DNA of 63,031 nucleotides, the filler included, from Asterionella formosa (lineage: Eukaryota), in assembly GCA_002256025.1 (NCBI GenBank). It is 21 parts of 21 records of this genome, joined end to end, with 100 filler letters (N's around TTAATTAATTAA, not from the genome) between each part and the next. Parts side by side here need not be neighbours in the genome. Positions count along the whole stretch, not along the records: positions 61,353 to 63,031 come from NKIB01001521.1; 20 more parts are not named here. One strand, written 5' to 3'. The notes beneath the pieces are model-generated. The model did not search any database. It saw only the letters and a program-made list of their open reading frames with translations, and had not been told where the DNA came from. Positions 61,479-63,031 of this stretch are shown here, piece by piece (position 1 is the stretch's first letter; every line of letters begins with the position of its first letter). Position numbers and translations under genes: made by a program.

Positions 61479-63031
61479 GGATGACACAGACCCAAATGTT
61501 AGAACTACAAGGTCTGGAAGAGTCTCAAGACCGCCATCAAAACTAACTATGGTCCAACATAATTTGCATACCCAAGCACACTGTCAAGAAAAATACACGA
61601 CTGATAATGCAAAAGTGATCGCAAAGACAATGTGTTATATGAATGAGATGTGTATCGATAAAGAAGCATTTCACTTTGTTCAGTCATACAGCTTAAGGAA
61701 TTGACTCAAAAAATTTGGCCAGAAAGGAAGAGACGCTGCATATAAAGAAATGAAACAACTACATGATAGAATTGTATTTGAACCGATTAGGATTGAAGAC
61801 CTAACCGATATCGAAAAGCGACGTGCAATGGAAAGTCTAATTTTTTTGGTTGAAAAGAGAGACAAGAGCATTAAAGGCAGAGCATGTGCCAATGGCAGTT
61901 CGCAACGTGAATACATGGAAAGAGATGAAGCAGCTAGTCCAACTACCATGACTGAATCTGTTATGATAACAGCAACAATTGATGCGAAGCAAAATCGCGA
62001 TGTTATGACTGCAGATATACCCAATGCATTTGTGCAAGTGGATATCGATGAGAAAGAAAAAGGGGAGCGAATCATTATGAAGATTAGAGGTTTACTTGTC
62101 AATATGTTGACAGAACTCAGCCCCGAGACTTATGAAAAATATGTTGTTTATGAAGGGAACAACAAGGTCCTATATGTTAGGATGATCAAGGCATTATATG
62201 GCATGTTACAGTCATCATTATTCTATTACAAGAAATTTCGGAAGGATATTGAGTCAATTGGATTCAAGGTCAATCCATATGATCCATGCGTTGCAAATCG
62301 CATTGTTAATGGCAAACAGCACACAGTTACTTGGTGGCACATAGACAATTTGAAATCAAGTCACGTGGACAGCAAAGTGAATGATCAATTTTTGGAATGG
62401 CTCAAAAAGAAATACACTTCTGACGAAATTGGTGAAGTCAAGGTCATGCGTGGAAAGAAGCATGATTATTTGGCAATGACACTAGATTACTCTATTCCAG
62501 GAGTGTTGAGGGTGGACATGACCAAATATGTGAAGTCAATGATTAATGATTTTCCGGATAAACTTGAAGGTGTCGGAAAATTTCCATGGACAGATAAACT
62601 GTTCACAGTTGATACGAAATCAAAGAAGCTTGAACATGAAAAAGCAAAAATATTTCATACTTTTGTTATGAAAGGAATGTTCCTATGTAAGCGAGGAAGA
62701 CAGGACATTCAACCAGGAATTGCATTTCTGGCAACCCGAACTATCGAACCGAATGAAGGTGATTGGGTAAAATTAGTCAAGATCATGAATTTCTTGAAAG
62801 CAACTCAGAACGAGGTTGCATCTATGAGTGCTGATGACACTCAGAGCATTAAATGGTACGTTGATGCAGCGTTTGCAGTGCACAAAGATTTTAAAAGTCA
62901 CACAGGAGCTACAATGTCACTTGGAAACGGAATTATTTGTTCTATGTCCACGAAACAGAAAGTGAACACTAGAAGTTCGACTGAAGCAGAATTGGTTGGT
63001 GTCGATGACATCATATCAAAGGTGTTGTGGA
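61479..63031 (+). mobile_element. Copia pol fragment of a second, diatom CoDi-type lineage (RT and start of RNase H), degenerate
   Basis: EMKQLH, IKGRACANGS.QR, SPT, DIPNAFVQ, KALYGMLQSS, NPYDPCVAN, KKHDYLAM and WYVDAAFAVH.DFKSHTG. In-frame TGA at 61702-61704; the catalytic HVDD reads HIDN. Confidence 0.92.

Overview
This is eukaryotic nuclear DNA, very probably from a diatom: short GT-AG introns, diatom-type Copia elements, a diatom-type PGRL1 fragment and a bipartite-like plastid presequence. It is not one locus. There are 21 contigs joined by 20 identical 100-bp spacers (44 N + TTAATTAATTAA + 44 N). All contigs are about 1.68 kb except one of 27.4 kb (3568-30976), so adjacency across a spacer means nothing. 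The large contig holds a full-length but degenerate Copia element (6238-11234; two LTRs, 6-bp TSD), CDC27/APC3, a MARCH6/Doa10-type E3 ligase, a 75-aa two-exon membrane microprotein, a Harbinger MITE and transposase relics. Its most striking gene is an intact four-exon, 479-aa ORF (11327-12968). The core resembles the aGPT-Pplase1 family of phage thymine-hypermodification enzymes, flanked by a Tudor-like N-terminus and an all-Cys ADD/PHD-like finger, making it a candidate chromatin-guided DNA base-modifying enzyme. The small contigs carry Copia and DDE transposon pieces, an IRAK/RLK-like kinase-LRR gene, two variants of a bacterial-type glycoside-hydrolase-like mosaic protein, an FG-GAP/mucin protein, a YqaJ-like nuclease, a Rossmann-fold protein, a satellite and stranded host-gene fragments (PGRL1, TMEM256, MIPEP). 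A GGTACC/ACCWGGT palindromic micro-repeat appears to expand in situ at many sites. All family assignments are motif recognition by eye; no searches were run.
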